Source: Octopus sinensis
Lineage: Eukaryota
Assembly (NCBI RefSeq): GCF_006345805.1
Contig: NW_021833834.1
Coordinates: 1-62,169, forward strand
Length of the DNA: 62,169 nt
Direction of reading: 5' to 3'
Below, piece by piece: positions 23,803 to 37,950 of this stretch. Every line of letters begins with the position of its first letter. The first letter of the stretch is position 1. The notes beneath the pieces are model-generated. The model was not told the DNA's origin and made no database searches. It worked only from the letters and a program-made list of their open reading frames with translations. Made by a program: the position numbers and the translations under genes.

Positions 23803-26149
23803 ATGTTAGAATAAAAGAATACTTTGGGTGTATCCAGATTTAGGAATCGTGAATTACATACTCTCCTACAAGGAAAAAATTGTGCTTGAGATCGTTTATC
23901 TTTTGACCTTCCTGTTAATCATAAGTTTTTTTTAAATTTTAATAGCTTCTTTTCATCCAATTACTGCTCTCTGGAACTCGCTACCATTGCCTTGTTTTTC
24001 TATGGTCTATGATATTCAGTTCTTTAAGTTCTCTATCAATCGACATCTTTTGAATTTGAAATCTTCTTTATCTTCTCTCCGGTTGTTTGCATTACAGCAG
24101 CCTCTAACTTTGTTTAAAGAAAATCATAAACAAAAAAAATAATAATAATAACAGCTAAGTTATAGTCATTCACAACCATTTTAAAAAGCTGAGCTTCCTC
24201 CTTATATGGGACCACTACTCTCATTTCTGTCAGAGTGCTATAGCTGTATGCATATACATCCTGGACTGCATAAAAATAAAACTAGTAACTGTCCAAAATA
24301 AATACTTATTCACCAATACGTTGCAACCACTAATTCACGAACCAACGAAGAAGTCTCTAAGCAACAAGTTTCAGTGTAAAAGACAGTACTCAAATCTATC
24401 TTAAGTCACACCCTAATGTACTTCAATAAAGAAAGCAGCATAGGAAAGACGGCGAATTCTCCAAAATGAATACTCACTCACCAGGTGCCCCAACTAATAA
24501 CTTGCGATCTTACCCAACAAATGTGCCGCTACTCAGCAAGTTTGGATGCAACAAACTGCATTCAAATCTATCTTGAGTCACACATTGTTGTACTTAGAAA
24601 GAAACAAACATGGATAGAAGACGAGTAAGCAAAGGCCTATGAATGTAGAACAAAATACATTATAGCATTTCTTCCAGTTCTTCCAGTTCTGGATCGATAA
24701 AATGAAATACCAGCCCCGACGAGGGCGTGTCGGTAAAATTGTTAGAGCGTCAGATGCGATCCCTTCCTGTATTTGTTCCAGTTCTTTGCTTTCAGAGTTG
24801 GGTGGAAAAATCAATCCGTCACCCGGTTTTAAAATATATGATTATGATCTTTGAGTGCCTTTAGCAAAAGTTAACGCCGTTGTAATGCATTCAGGCCTGG
24901 TTTCCGGTTTGAAAATAACTCCCTTAAACCTTATTACTAGTCTCTGAGTTCCAGAAAAAATAATTGACTATAGGCACTACTCTTTCATTTATGACAAAGT
25001 AGGGTCCTTATACATTATTTTTGGCTTATAAAACAAACAAAATAAGGGAATGATAAAGGCTAGAATGTCCTTCATTATAGGTCTGTTCGATCATGGCAGA
25101 CCTGAGGTTGAACAGCACCTACCATTATCATACAGAACATCACTTTCTGCACATGGTTTATTCTGCAGCTACTGGAATGACCTCTGTGCTTCTCAAGTAA
25201 TATATACGCTGCGTACGCGTACTAACTTGACCCAGGCTAGTTTCTCAGCAGCTGCCTCCTGTCCTTTTAATTATCCCTACTTTATCTGTATAACTGCCTG
25301 AAAAATAAATTAATTTTCTTTATTTCTTGTTTAACTTGAATTCTAAAATTTATTCGGTATTTAATCATATTTTATGTTTGAATTCCTGCAAATATTGATT
25401 AAACTTGCATATGTTATGACTTTTATTTATTCTTCGATAAACTTCAACTTTAAAATTTACATTGACTTTTGTAGATAATATTTCACTTTTGAATTTCACG
25501 AAAATACATTAATCTCTATTAAACCTGTGGTTTAGCAGACATTATTTCCATCTGTCCTTCAGTTAACTTCAGGTTCATATTCCGGAAGTTTAATTCACAA
25601 TATAAATTTCTGTAATATTCTCACAATGAAGTTCGTGAGTTTGGATAACAATTGATGCCGCGAGGAGAAAACAGACTTGACGTTTAAAACACTGATTCTT
25701 CGTCTGAAAGGTCAAAGTTAGACCTAAAGCGTCTGTTTTTGTCCTCTATGATATAACTTATTTACGAATTTCATTATATACATTTTGCCAACTCAGATCA
25801 CCACCTATTTTATCCGACTCTGCATTTTGTTTTTTTGTTTTTTCTTTTTACATGTGTTAATTTGAGCTCGTTATGCGTTTTTCCATTCGTTCTTATCTTG
25901 CTTCAGTTTTAACATATACAAAGTTTCCCAGAGAATGAGGAACCGTTCCAGTTGTTCTTTTTAGCCTCAAGTCAGCTCTGCTCGAAATAAGCTATGTTCA
26001 AAGACTTCGGGGTATCTCGTCTTCTTATCATGTCTAATGTATTTAAGACTGCATTATTCGTTTTATCCCTATATAAGACAGTAGGGTGTGGCTTGAGAGA
26101 CATTTGACTGATAATGATAGTTTCAAGCTTTGGTCCAAGACCATTCAGT

Positions 26150-26557
26150 TCGAAGGAGGGGTTAAGTCGATTACATCGACCCCCTGTGCTCACATGATAC
26201 TTATTTCAGCGACCCTTGAAGGATAAAAGATAAAGTCGACCTCGACAGAATTTGAACTGAGAACGTGACGACGGACGAAATATCGCTCAGTATTTTGCCT
26301 GTCGTGTTAACGAATTTGCCAGCTCACCGCCTTAACTTGATTGATAATAATCCTTTCTACTAAAGGCACAAGGCCTGAAATTTTAGGGGAGGTGACTAGT
26401 CGATTGCATCGACTCCAGTGTTTCTATGGTACTTGATTTATCAATCCCGAAAGGATGAAATTCAAAGTCGTCCTCGGCGGAATTTGAACTCAGAACATGA
26501 AGACAGACGAAATGCCGCTAAGCATTTTGCCCCTCGTGTTAACGATTCTACCGGCTT
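26150..26557 (-). mobile_element. Two adjacent SINE family B copies (26150-26333, 26350-26557)
   Basis: Both match the family B consensus including head. Confidence 0.85.
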
Positions 26558-27261
26558 AATTTGAGGGATAATAATGCAACCTTATTGTGACTCTCCAGTT
26601 TCCTTTAACTCAGCGCGTTGACCTTATCTACTTCCGCGGTTATCAGTAGAATCTACATGCTTGAAGAAATAGACTGGAGAACAGAGAATGCCCAACATAA
26701 ACCGACTGCAACACTGTACTCCAAAGAATTAATCACTGAATGACGTAGTGTTGTGTATCATCACCTGCTGTTTGATTAACCACTTCTGGCAAATTTCGAA
26801 GTCACAGCTACCTTTATGCAAATAAACCCTTCTATTTAGATGTATTGAGCCCTCTTTTCGCTTCATATAGAAATATAGTTTTATATACAGCTAAAACATT
26901 TATAATAATGCACATACACACACAAATGCAAAAAAACACACATATGATTACAAATGTGAATGTGTGTGCGTGTGTGTGCGCGTGTGCGCCTGCGTGAATG
27001 TGTGAATGCGTATGAAAATGTGTGCATGCACGTGTGTATGTGCATGTGGACCTTCTGCATATTCTTTTCTACTCTCGGCACAAGATCCAAATTTTGGGGG
27101 AGGGGCCAGTCGATTAGATCGATTCCAGTATGCAACCCAGTACGTAACCGGGGCTCTTAAATGAAGTCCTTTGCATCGGTTTGCAAACGGTCACTTATCA
27201 TTCCCATCGTCAGTAATGTTGTAAATACGTGACTGACCGATTGGAAAGTTGCGATATGTGG

Positions 27262-27565
27262 TCAAGAGGCTCGCTTTGCAACCACGTGATCTCGAGGTCA
27301 GTCTCATTGTACGGAACATTGGGCCGACCAACAACTTGTGAGTGAATTTGGTAGACGGAAACTGTGTAGAAATATGTCGTATATTCATATGCTTGTATAT
27401 GTGACAACCGGTGTTGGTTTGTTTACGTTCCTGTTTCTAGTGATTAGGCAAACGGGACCGATAGAATAAGTACCACACTTAAAAAGTAAGTACTAGGAGC
27501 GATATGTTCGGCAAAAACCCTTCAAGGCGGTGCCGCATTGCAAGGCCACAATCCAAAGACCAAAA
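27262..27565 (+). mobile_element. SINE family A, degenerate; a SINE B tail fragment lies upstream at 27062-27150 (-)
   Basis: TTGTGAGTGAATTTGGTAGACGGAAACTG..GACAACCGGTGTTGG..GATAGAATAAGTACC. Confidence 0.75.
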
Positions 27566-29242
27566 ACAAACAAATAAATGTATCAATACTTTGCAGTAGT
27601 GAAATAAATTTCGCAACTAGATTTTGGATGGTGTATAACACTTCAGGTTGATCGTAATTCTGAGGCTTCAAGATTAGACGTAATTTCAGGCAGTACATAT
27701 CTTAACTGAACAAAACTAAATAATGTACCTTGTAAATGTTTATTGCACGTTTAATAAGCGTTATATTATAAGTATAACTTATCTAATAGGTCAAACAGTG
27801 AAATATATTCTGTCAAAAGGAATACGAGAAATCTAAGGTTTAGAACGTTTGTTCTTCGAAGAGCAAGGGAAAAAAATACGGATCTTAAGCCGAGTTCGTA
27901 AAATTGACAATGAGATAAAGATTTTATATTAAGAGAAAAATGTAAAGAGATAAACGGGAAATGCATTGTGTGATTATGTGAATAATATTGTAAGGTGTGA
28001 GTAATGTGGTAGGTGTACGATATGAGGGGAAGCAAAATGTGAGGATGATACACCAAAGTAGAAGCAAGATACAGTGTTTCTTGCATCTTGTTCTGATACT
28101 CGCTTTTTGTTCCCTATTTCTTTGATCCCCTATGCTTTTAAGGAAGCTCTGTTTCACCCCTGTCCTTATAATGGTGTAAATGTATTTTCAAATATGTTAA
28201 ATGTTTAAATATGATAAATATCCTAGCTAGTTTCATTGAAGAGTTTCGTGATGATATAAGCCAACTCAGGAATGTATTGTTTGAAGGAAATGGAAGTAAC
28301 ATCCTAAGGAAGCCTCTACTTCAGTCATAGACAAACTGCAGTCCGCATGACTTTCTGAATTGCACGCCAAACAAAAAATTATCTCGAATTTTTTAGCTGT
28401 GCTGCCCCGCCTAATTATTTAGCTAGGACTCATGCAGCATCGTTCTCGGGGAAAAAAGGTGCCTGTATCTGCTCTACGTGGTCGCTCAACTTACAAGAAG
28501 TAGCAGCTAGATCCCTGACATCAGGCATAATAGTTTTAAAAAACGGAAGACACATTAGATAATATGTCAAATGAAAGACAAAGTAACGTCTTTCATCACC
28601 TTTCTATTTGATCAGAGTTAGACCAAGATTAAACAACACCAACAATGCTAGCTAATAATCAACAGAATTTATATAAAAGTCTCCATTTCTTACACTTACA
28701 TGGCTAGCATCTATATGTTCAGAACTAAGCGGGGCCACCAAATTACATCCGTTACTTGTCAACAACACACAAGCAGATTGTGCCAAAACTACTAGATTAA
28801 ATGTATGTAGAATATAAAATATAAATGTAAAAACCAATAATACTTGCTAACATAGGGTTTTCAAAACTGGAATGTCACTATAAATGTCGAAGGACTATAC
28901 AAGACTGAAAAATTATAGCAATAACTCACAATAGCTTTTAATCATTGTTAGAATGAAAATGAAAATCTAAAATATATCAGAGAAAGTTTATAACTAACGG
29001 CTTCACTATAGATTGAGATATATAGCTTGGATGAACAGTTTTTAGAAAGAAGCTGGAAAAACCAGAGTCAGCATAACGAAATATCAGAATAACAATACAA
29101 ACATATATATATATATATATATATTGTTATATTTCGGAATGGTCATATTGCCAGTTTAGTCAATAAAAACACACGCACTATATATTTGGTGTTATTTTGC
29201 TTCAGTGTTATTTATTTTTTACATTAATCTTAATCTTATTTC

Positions 29243-29287
29243 GGCCAGAGTTCTTTCGTCACACTCCTGTGACCGCATCAGTGGTCC
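29243..29287 (-). ncRNA. Minimal hammerhead (family 2), core variant CTGATGC
   Basis: GGACCA-CTGATGC-G-GTCAC(aggagt)GTGAC-GAAA-GAAC-TC/TGGCC on the minus strand. Confidence 0.75.
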
Positions 29288-29758
29288 TTTGTTTTCTTCT
29301 TTCTTATTTGTGTCTCTCTTTACTAACCGTCAGCCATTTTGTATTCCTATTGTATATCTTCATTTGCGCATGTTTATATCTCTATGTGCGTCTATGTTTA
29401 TTTAGTGTGTGTATGTGGGGGGATGCCTGTAATATTTGTATCTTCTGTTTATATATGTTCATGTAATTTGTATTTTGTTTTTTGTTTTTGTTGTTTTTGT
29501 TTATTCTTATTTTGTTCATGTGTTTACATCCACTTATTATTATCATTACATATGCTTGTAAGTTTGTATGTATGTATAACAACAATACTGGTAATAATAA
29601 TAATAAATCGAATCGAAAAAAAAAATATATATATATACATAGTTATTTATTTCTATTAGTTCATGTGTTTACATCCACTTATTATTATCATTACATATGC
29701 TTGTAAGTTTGTATGTATGTATAACAACAATACTAGTAATAATAATAATAAATCGATC

Positions 29759-29819
<61 letters not shown>

Positions 29820-29928
29820 GTTATTTATTTCTATTAGTTTAGTTATCTGTGTATTTATTATGTTTTCAGGATCCTCTATCGTCATATGCTGTGGTGTGTG
29901 TTAGTGCTCCATTCTAGTTTTCTATTCA

Positions 29929-31179
29929 GCCATCGGCGTTAGTATCGCTGGTGATGTGGCCAACCTTTTCATGGTATGGTGGGACAGAAGGCTTAAAGAA
30001 CGCCAAACACAGAACTCCATACTCGTAAACATGTACTCTCGCTATGTTGATGATATCAACATAGTGGTAAAGGCACCCCCACAAGAGAGTAATGTTGATA
30101 TAGTAATAGAAACTAATACTATGGAGAGCATCCAGCAAATAGCTAACTCCATCCACCAGAGTATTAAGGTCACAATAGACAACCCCACTAAACACCCCAA
30201 CCATAGACTACCAGTACTAGACACTGAACTCTGGCTAGAAATTGTGAATAATAAAACCCAAATCCTTCATTCATACTATGCCAAACCTATGGCCTCAAAA
30301 TACTTGATCCACCGGAACTCAGCCATTGCGGACAATGCCAAATTCAATATTTTGATGGCAGACCTCGTCAGAATAATGAGAAATGTGTCACGCATGTGCG
30401 AGCCCACAGAGTTAAAGAGACACATACAATATTTCATTCACCGCATGCAGTTCTCAGGTTACAGCCATAAAGAAAGGATCAGAGTATACAAAAGAGCCAT
30501 GAAGAAATTTGATAATATATTATGTAATGATAGGAATGGGATTTGCCCACTCTGTAGGAACAAGTCATGGAACACTATAGAAAGGACAAAAAGGAAAATA
30601 GGGAAGGCCAACTCTTGGTATGATAGCCATAAATACCAGAGTGTCATGTTCGTTGACACCACCCCTGGAGGTGAACTGGCGTACCGCTTTAGAAGGACCC
30701 TAGACTAACTTAAGCTAAGAATTAAGGTTGTTGAAAAGCCAGGCAACCCTATCAAATCTATAATTGGTAGAACCTATACTTTTAGTAGAACCCCCTGTAC
30801 GGATAAGTACTGTACTGTATGTAGATTTAGCCCACAAACAAACTGTAAAGCCAGAAATGTAGTCTATAGTATAAGATGTATAGAGGGACGATGCAGTAAC
30901 AAGACAACGACATACGTAGGGGAAACTGCAAGAAGCATAGGAGAGCGGGTAAATGGGCATTGGAGACAACTCAAGGAAGGTAAAAGATCATCGATTCTAT
31001 ACCAACACGCCGAACAGGAACACGGGGGATCAATTAATAACATAGAAATTAAAATATTATCCACACATAGATCAGATGCAACAATTAGACAAATTACAGA
31101 AGCTACACACATAATAGAAAATAAACCTAGCCTGAATAGAAAACTAGAATGGAGCACTAACACACACCACAACATATGA
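29929..31179 (+). pseudogene. PLE polyprotein C-terminal half (RT motifs B'/C, thumb, CX4CX2C linker, GIY-YIG); one in-frame TAA at 30706-30708
   Basis: AIGVSIAGDVANLFMVWWD..YSRYVDD..LPVLD..YYAKPMASKYLIHRNSA; the same frame continues past the TAA: LKLRIKVVEKPG..PCTDKYCTVC..NCKARNVVYSIRC..TYVGETARSIGERVNGH..RQITEATHI..LNRKLEW to TGA at 31177-31179. Confidence 0.95.
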
Positions 31180-31249
31180 CGATAGAGGATCCTGAAAACA
31201 TAATAAATACACATATAAATAAACTAATAGAAATAAATAACTATGTATA

Positions 31250-31308
<59 letters not shown>

Positions 31309-31635
31309 GATTCGATTTATTATTATTATTACTAGTATTGTTGTTATACATACATACAAACTTACAAGCATATGTAATGATAATAATAAGTGGATGTAAA
31401 CACATGAACAAAATAAGAATAAACAAAAACAACAAAAACAAAAAACAAAATACACATTACATGAACATATATAAACAGAAGATACAAATATTACAGGCAT
31501 CCCCCCACATACACACAATGAATAAACATAGACGCACATAGAGATATAAGCATGCGCAAATGAAGACACACAATAGAAATACAAAATGGCTGACGGTTAG
31601 TAAAGAGAGACACAAATAAGAAAGAAGAAAACAAA

Positions 31636-31680
31636 GGACCACTGATGCGGTCACAGGAGTGTGACGAAAGAACTCTGGCC
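31636..31680 (+). ncRNA. Minimal hammerhead (family 2), core variant CTGATGC
   Basis: GGACCACTGATGCGGTCACAGGAGTGTGACGAAAGAACTCTGGCC. Confidence 0.75.
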
Positions 31681-31844
31681 GAAATAAGATTAAGATTAAT
31701 ATAAAAAATAAATAACACTGAAGCCAAATAACACCAAATATATAGTGCGTGTGTTTTTATTGGCTAAACTGGCAATATGACCATTCCGAAATATAACAAT
31801 ATCTGTTTCAACACAGGACTTCACATAAAAAAATTGCACAACAA

Positions 31845-31905
<61 letters not shown>

Positions 31906-32235
31906 TATATATTCGATTCGATTATTATTATTATTACAGTAGTATTGTTGTTATACATACATACAAACTTACAAGCATATGTAATGATAAATAAGTGGAT
32001 GTAACCACATGAAAAAATAAGAATAAACAAAACAACAAAAAACAAAAAACAAAATACAATTACATGAACATATATAAACAGAAGACAAATATTACAGGCA
32101 TCCCCCCACATACACACAATGAATAAACATAGACGCACATAGAGATATAAGCATGCGCAAATGAAGACACACAATAGAAATACAAAATGGCTGACGGTTA
32201 GTAAGAGAGACACAAATAAGAAAGAAGAAACAAAA

Positions 32236-32279
32236 GGACACTGATGCGGTCACAGGAGTGTGACGAAAGAACTCTGGCC
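32236..32279 (+). ncRNA. Minimal hammerhead (family 2), core variant CTGATGC, 1-nt deletion in stem I
   Basis: GGACACTGATGCGGTCACAGGAGTGTGACGAAAGAACTCTGGCC. Confidence 0.7.
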
Positions 32280-32474
32280 GAAATAAGATTAAGATTAATA
32301 TAAAAAATAAAACACTGAAGCAAATAACACCAAATATATAGTGCGTGTGTTTTATTGGCTAAACTGGCAATATGACCATTCCGAAATATAACAATATCTG
32401 TTTCAACACAGGACTTCACATAAAAAATATTGCACAACAAATGTATATATTATATAATATATATATATATATAT

Positions 32475-32552
<78 letters not shown>

Positions 32553-32642
32553 TATATGCAAACATACATACTATATACATATATATGTGTGTATATATAT
32601 ATATACATGCATACATACATACATACATACATACTACATACA

Positions 32643-32674
<32 letters not shown>

Positions 32675-32677
<3 letters not shown>

Positions 32678-34029
32678 TGGGTCATCCTATAAATAATGCG
32701 TTTTTTTATACTTTTATTATTCAAAATTAAGAAAAAGAATCTTCTTTTTAAATCTAAAGAATACTCTCTTTCATTCTCTATAATGCTCTTCCTTCTATCT
32801 GGTAGACTTGCAAGGCCCCTCATCCAAAATTCACTTGTCCGTGATGAAAAATACTCCTCCAGTACTGTTCTGACCTCGTTTACAGAATTCATATTTTTTC
32901 CGTCCAACTGACTGTGGAATAAATAATAATCAGATGGCACAATGTTCGGCGAATATGGTGGTTGGAGCATCGTCTCCCATTCAAACTGCTCCGGTCTTTG
33001 GAATATCATCCTCGCTGTATGTGACCGACCATTATCCTGGTGGAAGAAACCAAAGATGGTCGTTTTTCTTCTAGCGCTGATTTATGCCGCTCAAGCTGCT
33101 CGCAGTAGATCTTTGTCATCGTTTGGTTTGGGTTTAAAAGTTTAAAATGAACTAAACCCTTCATATCTCACCAATTAGATAACAACGCCTTACGTGGTTG
33201 AAGACCTTCTTTAGCCTGGGATGCCGGTGTTTCTCCTTTCTCTCCCCACTGTCTTCGGCGCTTTACATGTCTATAGAAAGCCTATTTCTCGCCACCAGTC
33301 CCTATTCGGTCAAAAAAAAAAAAAGGTTCATTCGTGAAACGTGACAGCAAAGAAAAGCACACATTCACTCTCTGCGCGCGATTAGACTCTGAAAGTTGCT
33401 GACTTTTCCGATGGCACGCAGGTGTCGATAAATAGTTGAATGACCAAATCCAAGCTTTTCTGCTAGTCCCTGAAAAGTTACAATGGGATTTTACTCCACT
33501 AGGGTTTGCAGGACATTCTCGTCGAGCTCTACAGATCTTCCAGGAGGAGACTTGTAGTTTCTGGCTTGGAATTTCTGGAACAATCGTTGACACTGGCTTA
33601 CGCTTATTGTCCGATCCCTACATACTACATTAATATACCTCGCACTTTCCGTTGCGTTGTTACCTTTATTGAACTCATAAAACAAAAGATACCGAATATG
33701 CTCCTCTGTCACTTCTATTATAACTTTGAAAAAAGTAACTGTTAAAATCGAACAGCACCCTTCAAAACTGCAATAAGAATAAGTACAAGGTAAAATTATT
33801 ACCTGCTTTTATAGCAAGTTGATGCAAGTAGCTTATCCTGTCACCCTCCGCAATTGAAAAAAACTGCGGAGGTTGACGGGATAAGCTACTTGCATCAACT
33901 TGCTATAAAAGCAGGTAAAAATTTTACCTTGTACTTATTCTTATTGCAGTTTTGAAGGGTGCTGTTCGATTTTAACAGTTACTTTTTTCAAAGTTGAAAA
34001 AACTGCATTATTTATGGGATGATCCAGTA
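32675..34029 (-). mobile_element. Full-length decayed mariner transposon with both TIRs and TA ends
   Basis: TIRs TATTGGGTCATCCTATAAATAATGCG and reverse complement TACTGGATCATCCCATAAATAATGCA. Minus-strand EEHIRYLLFYEFNKGNNATESAR (HTH), FDRIGTGGEK*, W*DMKGLVHF, HQDNGRSHTAR, QPPYSPNIVPSDYYLF. Confidence 0.95.
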
Positions 34030-34255
34030 TATATGCATTTGATATTTTATTAAATCTGAAAAAATCTTCACAGCCTGTTACACAGAGTTTCACATGAACG
34101 TTCATCAGACAGCTTAATGAAATACTCCTACTTGATCAGAGTTAGACCAAGATTAAACAACAACAACGCTAGCTATATACTACTACTCCTCTGATATTCG
34201 AATAATATTTTTTCCATCTTGCTTTTCATCTAAGTGCTTATTTGTGTGTGTGTGT

Positions 34256-34313
<58 letters not shown>

Positions 34314-34329
34314 CGCGTGTGCGTGTGCG

Positions 34330-34500
34330 TAGTTGAAATTTATAGAAAGACAAAAGCCGAAGACAGGTGTGTGAACAACAAACAAGTGTATTAGTTTCAC
34401 GCTTGGGAAAATGAAAAAGTCTTTTATGTTTCGCGCCTACGTTCTTTAACAGAAAGGAATAAGAAAAAAATAAACAGAGAGAGAATGAAAAAAAACTTGT
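34330..34500 (-). mobile_element. Family-3 hammerhead-bearing short repeat, degenerate (motif 34421-34456)
   Basis: Reverse complement CTTT-CTGTTAA-A-GAAC(gtag)GCGC-GAAA-CATAAAAG; same family as 44247, 45414 and 61174. Confidence 0.65.
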
Positions 34501-34579
34501 AGATTAAGCGGTCAAGCATGGCGAATAGCTTGTCTGATATATATATATTATTATATATTATATATAATATATATATATA

Positions 34580-34860
34580 GGTGCAGGCGTGACTGTGTGG
34601 TAAGAAGCTTGCTTCCCAACAACATGGTTACGGGTTCAGTTCCATCACGTGGCACCTTGGGCAAGTGTCTTCTACTGTAGCCTCGGGCCGAATAAAGCCT
34701 TGTGAGTGGATTTGGTAGACGGAAGTGAAAGAAGCCTATCGTATATGTATATATATCTATATAATTTTGTGTGGGTCTTTGTGTCTGCGTTTGTACCCTA
34801 CCATCGCTTGGCAACCTATGTTAGTGTGTTTACGTCCCGTAACTTAGCGTTTCCACAAAA
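34580..34860 (+). mobile_element. SINE family A, 3'-truncated
   Basis: GGTGCAGGCGTGACTGTGTGGTAAGAAGCTTGCTTCCCAAC... consensus match. Confidence 0.9.
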
Positions 34861-34873
34861 AATCCTGTCGTAT

Positions 34874-35715
<842 letters not shown>

Positions 35716-35739
35716 TATATGTATAAACAAAACAAAAAA

Positions 35740-36420
35740 TGGAACGTAACAAGCAAACAAAACATCCAGACTGCTAGACGATTCAAAAAAGGACAGGAAA
35801 AATAAGGACAGGTCATTCGGAGCTTTCAATCGTCAGTCGAGTTCCAGATCATCGTTGCAGTTTGGCCAATTACACTCGAGACTGCTCCAGCCTGGCCGGC
35901 CCCAAGAAAGTCTAAGCTAAGAGTACTAGATTCTTTGGAAAAAAGCAAGCGAATATATACGAAAAAAGGGAGGAAAAATACGGAGAAATGGTACACAATT
36001 ACAAATACAAACAACAGGATATGGACAACAGGTATATTTCGACTAAGGACGAATTAAATTAAGCTGGCATGTGTGGAAGTGAAGCCTTACAGCAGGAACA
36101 TAAGAGATGAAAGTCATGGGAAGAAATATAAGAGATGCCACACGGATGATAGTTAAACCAAGAAAGTAAGGTCATGCTTGGCGGAACACCGGTCACATGG
36201 AAGGAGAGGAAAGAAGTAGGGGCAAATGGATTGAAAAATTAGGGAGGGACGAGAAAGAGGGAAAAAGAAAGGAAAGGGACAAAGTGAAGTAAAGGAGGAG
36301 GGAAAGTGATGAGACTGAAGGGAAGGCCAAGTGAGAGAGGGGGAACGAGAAAAAGAGAAGTAGAAAGAACGAAGAAAGCGTGAGGGGGGCTAAAAGAAAG
36401 AGTAAAAGAGTCTTGCAGAA
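35740..36420 (-). mobile_element. Repeat of the same family as 1240-1462, followed by purine-rich decayed sequence
   Basis: 35740-35935 aligns with the reverse complement of 1240-1462. Confidence 0.55.
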
Positions 36421-36429
36421 TTATATAAA

Positions 36430-36475
36430 TATTACATAATATATATATGTATATATATATATATGTATGTATATA

Positions 36476-36524
<49 letters not shown>

Positions 36525-36611
36525 ATATATAATATATATGTGTATAATATATATATGTATATATATATATATATTATGTATATATATATATATATGTATT
36601 ATATATATATG

Positions 36612-36648
<37 letters not shown>

Positions 36649-36841
36649 GGTATATATATATATATATGTATATATATATGTATATATATATGTATATATA
36701 TATATGTATAATATATATGTATATATATATGTATATATATATATATATATGTATATATTATATATATATGTACATAATATATATATGTATATATATATAT
36801 ATATATATTATGATATATATATATATATATAAATATGTATG

Positions 36842-36872
<31 letters not shown>

Positions 36873-36971
36873 TATATATGTAATATATATGTATATATAT
36901 ATATATACATATATATAAAATATTATATATATATATATATTATATATGTATATATTATTATATATGATATA

Positions 36972-37003
<32 letters not shown>

Positions 37004-37004
37004 C

Positions 37005-37072
<68 letters not shown>

Positions 37073-37075
37073 CTT
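36430..37075. repeat. ~650-bp (TA)n/(TATG)n microsatellite
   Basis: Directly visible. Confidence 0.95.
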
Positions 37076-37182
37076 ACATACAGGAGACCAAAAGTCTACG
37101 TACGCCGTTATATGTACATATAAAAAAACGGAACAAGAACGTAGCAAGTGACAACAGCGGCATACGTATACTTTTTGGTCTC

Positions 37183-37288
<106 letters not shown>

Positions 37289-37790
37289 TGTATACATACA
37301 CAAACACATGCACACACACACATATACATATATATGTATATATATACATATATAAATACAGATATACATGTGTGTGTGTGTTTGTGTGTGCGTGTGCGCG
37401 TGTGTGCTTGTTCAAAAACGTCATTCATATATGGAATTACACATACAGATTTACTGCGAAAAATTGAATAAGACATTTTTTTTATTATACCCCGCTATTA
37501 TAACGTTGAGCTTTGTAATTTGATGTGCATTTATTAAAAAAAACACACTAATAATGCGTTTGTGGAAGAGAACAAGTTTCTGCATATGTATCAGTCACAA
37601 AATTCACCACTGTCTCTCCTACTGGACTTACCAATAACATCAGCAGCCAACAATCTGATTTATTGCCAAAAGCATCTATAAGGATGTCATATATTAACAT
37701 CTGCGTCCCACCAATAGAATTTTAAAATATTGATAATGTGTGATGTGTGTGTGGTTGAGTGTGTGTGTGAGTGTGTGTGTACGTGTGTGT

Positions 37791-37862
<72 letters not shown>

Positions 37863-37874
37863 TATATAGATAGA

Positions 37875-37947
<73 letters not shown>

Positions 37948-37950
<3 letters not shown>

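Larger units (their letters stand above)
29121..32445 (+). mobile_element. 5'-truncated Penelope-like retroelement (Naiad-like): inverted 5' pLTR + RT/GIY-YIG ORF + two tandem 3' pLTRs
   Basis: 29121-29929 is the reverse complement of 31132-31802; ORF 29929-31179; the ~550-bp unit at ~31300-31848 repeats at ~31900-32445; each repeat carries a hammerhead. Confidence 0.95.

Noticed and set aside
28700-28795. Minus-strand exon LAQSACVLLTSNGCNLVAPLSSEHIDASH ending at GTAAGT
   Set aside because: Short, no recognisable homology, and such splice-like pairs occur by chance in AT-rich DNA.
30706-30708. Selenocysteine recoding of the in-frame stop (reported for some Naiad PLEs)
   Set aside because: The codon is TAA, not TGA; a simple nonsense change or sequencing error is more likely.
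29121-32445. LTR retrotransposon or CRISPR-like repeat array
   Set aside because: Repeats are inverted and tandem pLTRs with GIY-YIG, no integrase or gag; no regular repeat-spacer array exists in the window.
31900-32445. Biological divergence between the two tandem pLTRs
   Set aside because: Differences are mostly single-base deletions, consistent with incompletely polished long-read sequence; not interpretable without raw reads.
36447-37037. 196-aa and other IY/YI/CV/HT-repeat ORFs across the window
   Set aside because: Translations of (TA)n, (TG)n and (TACA)n.
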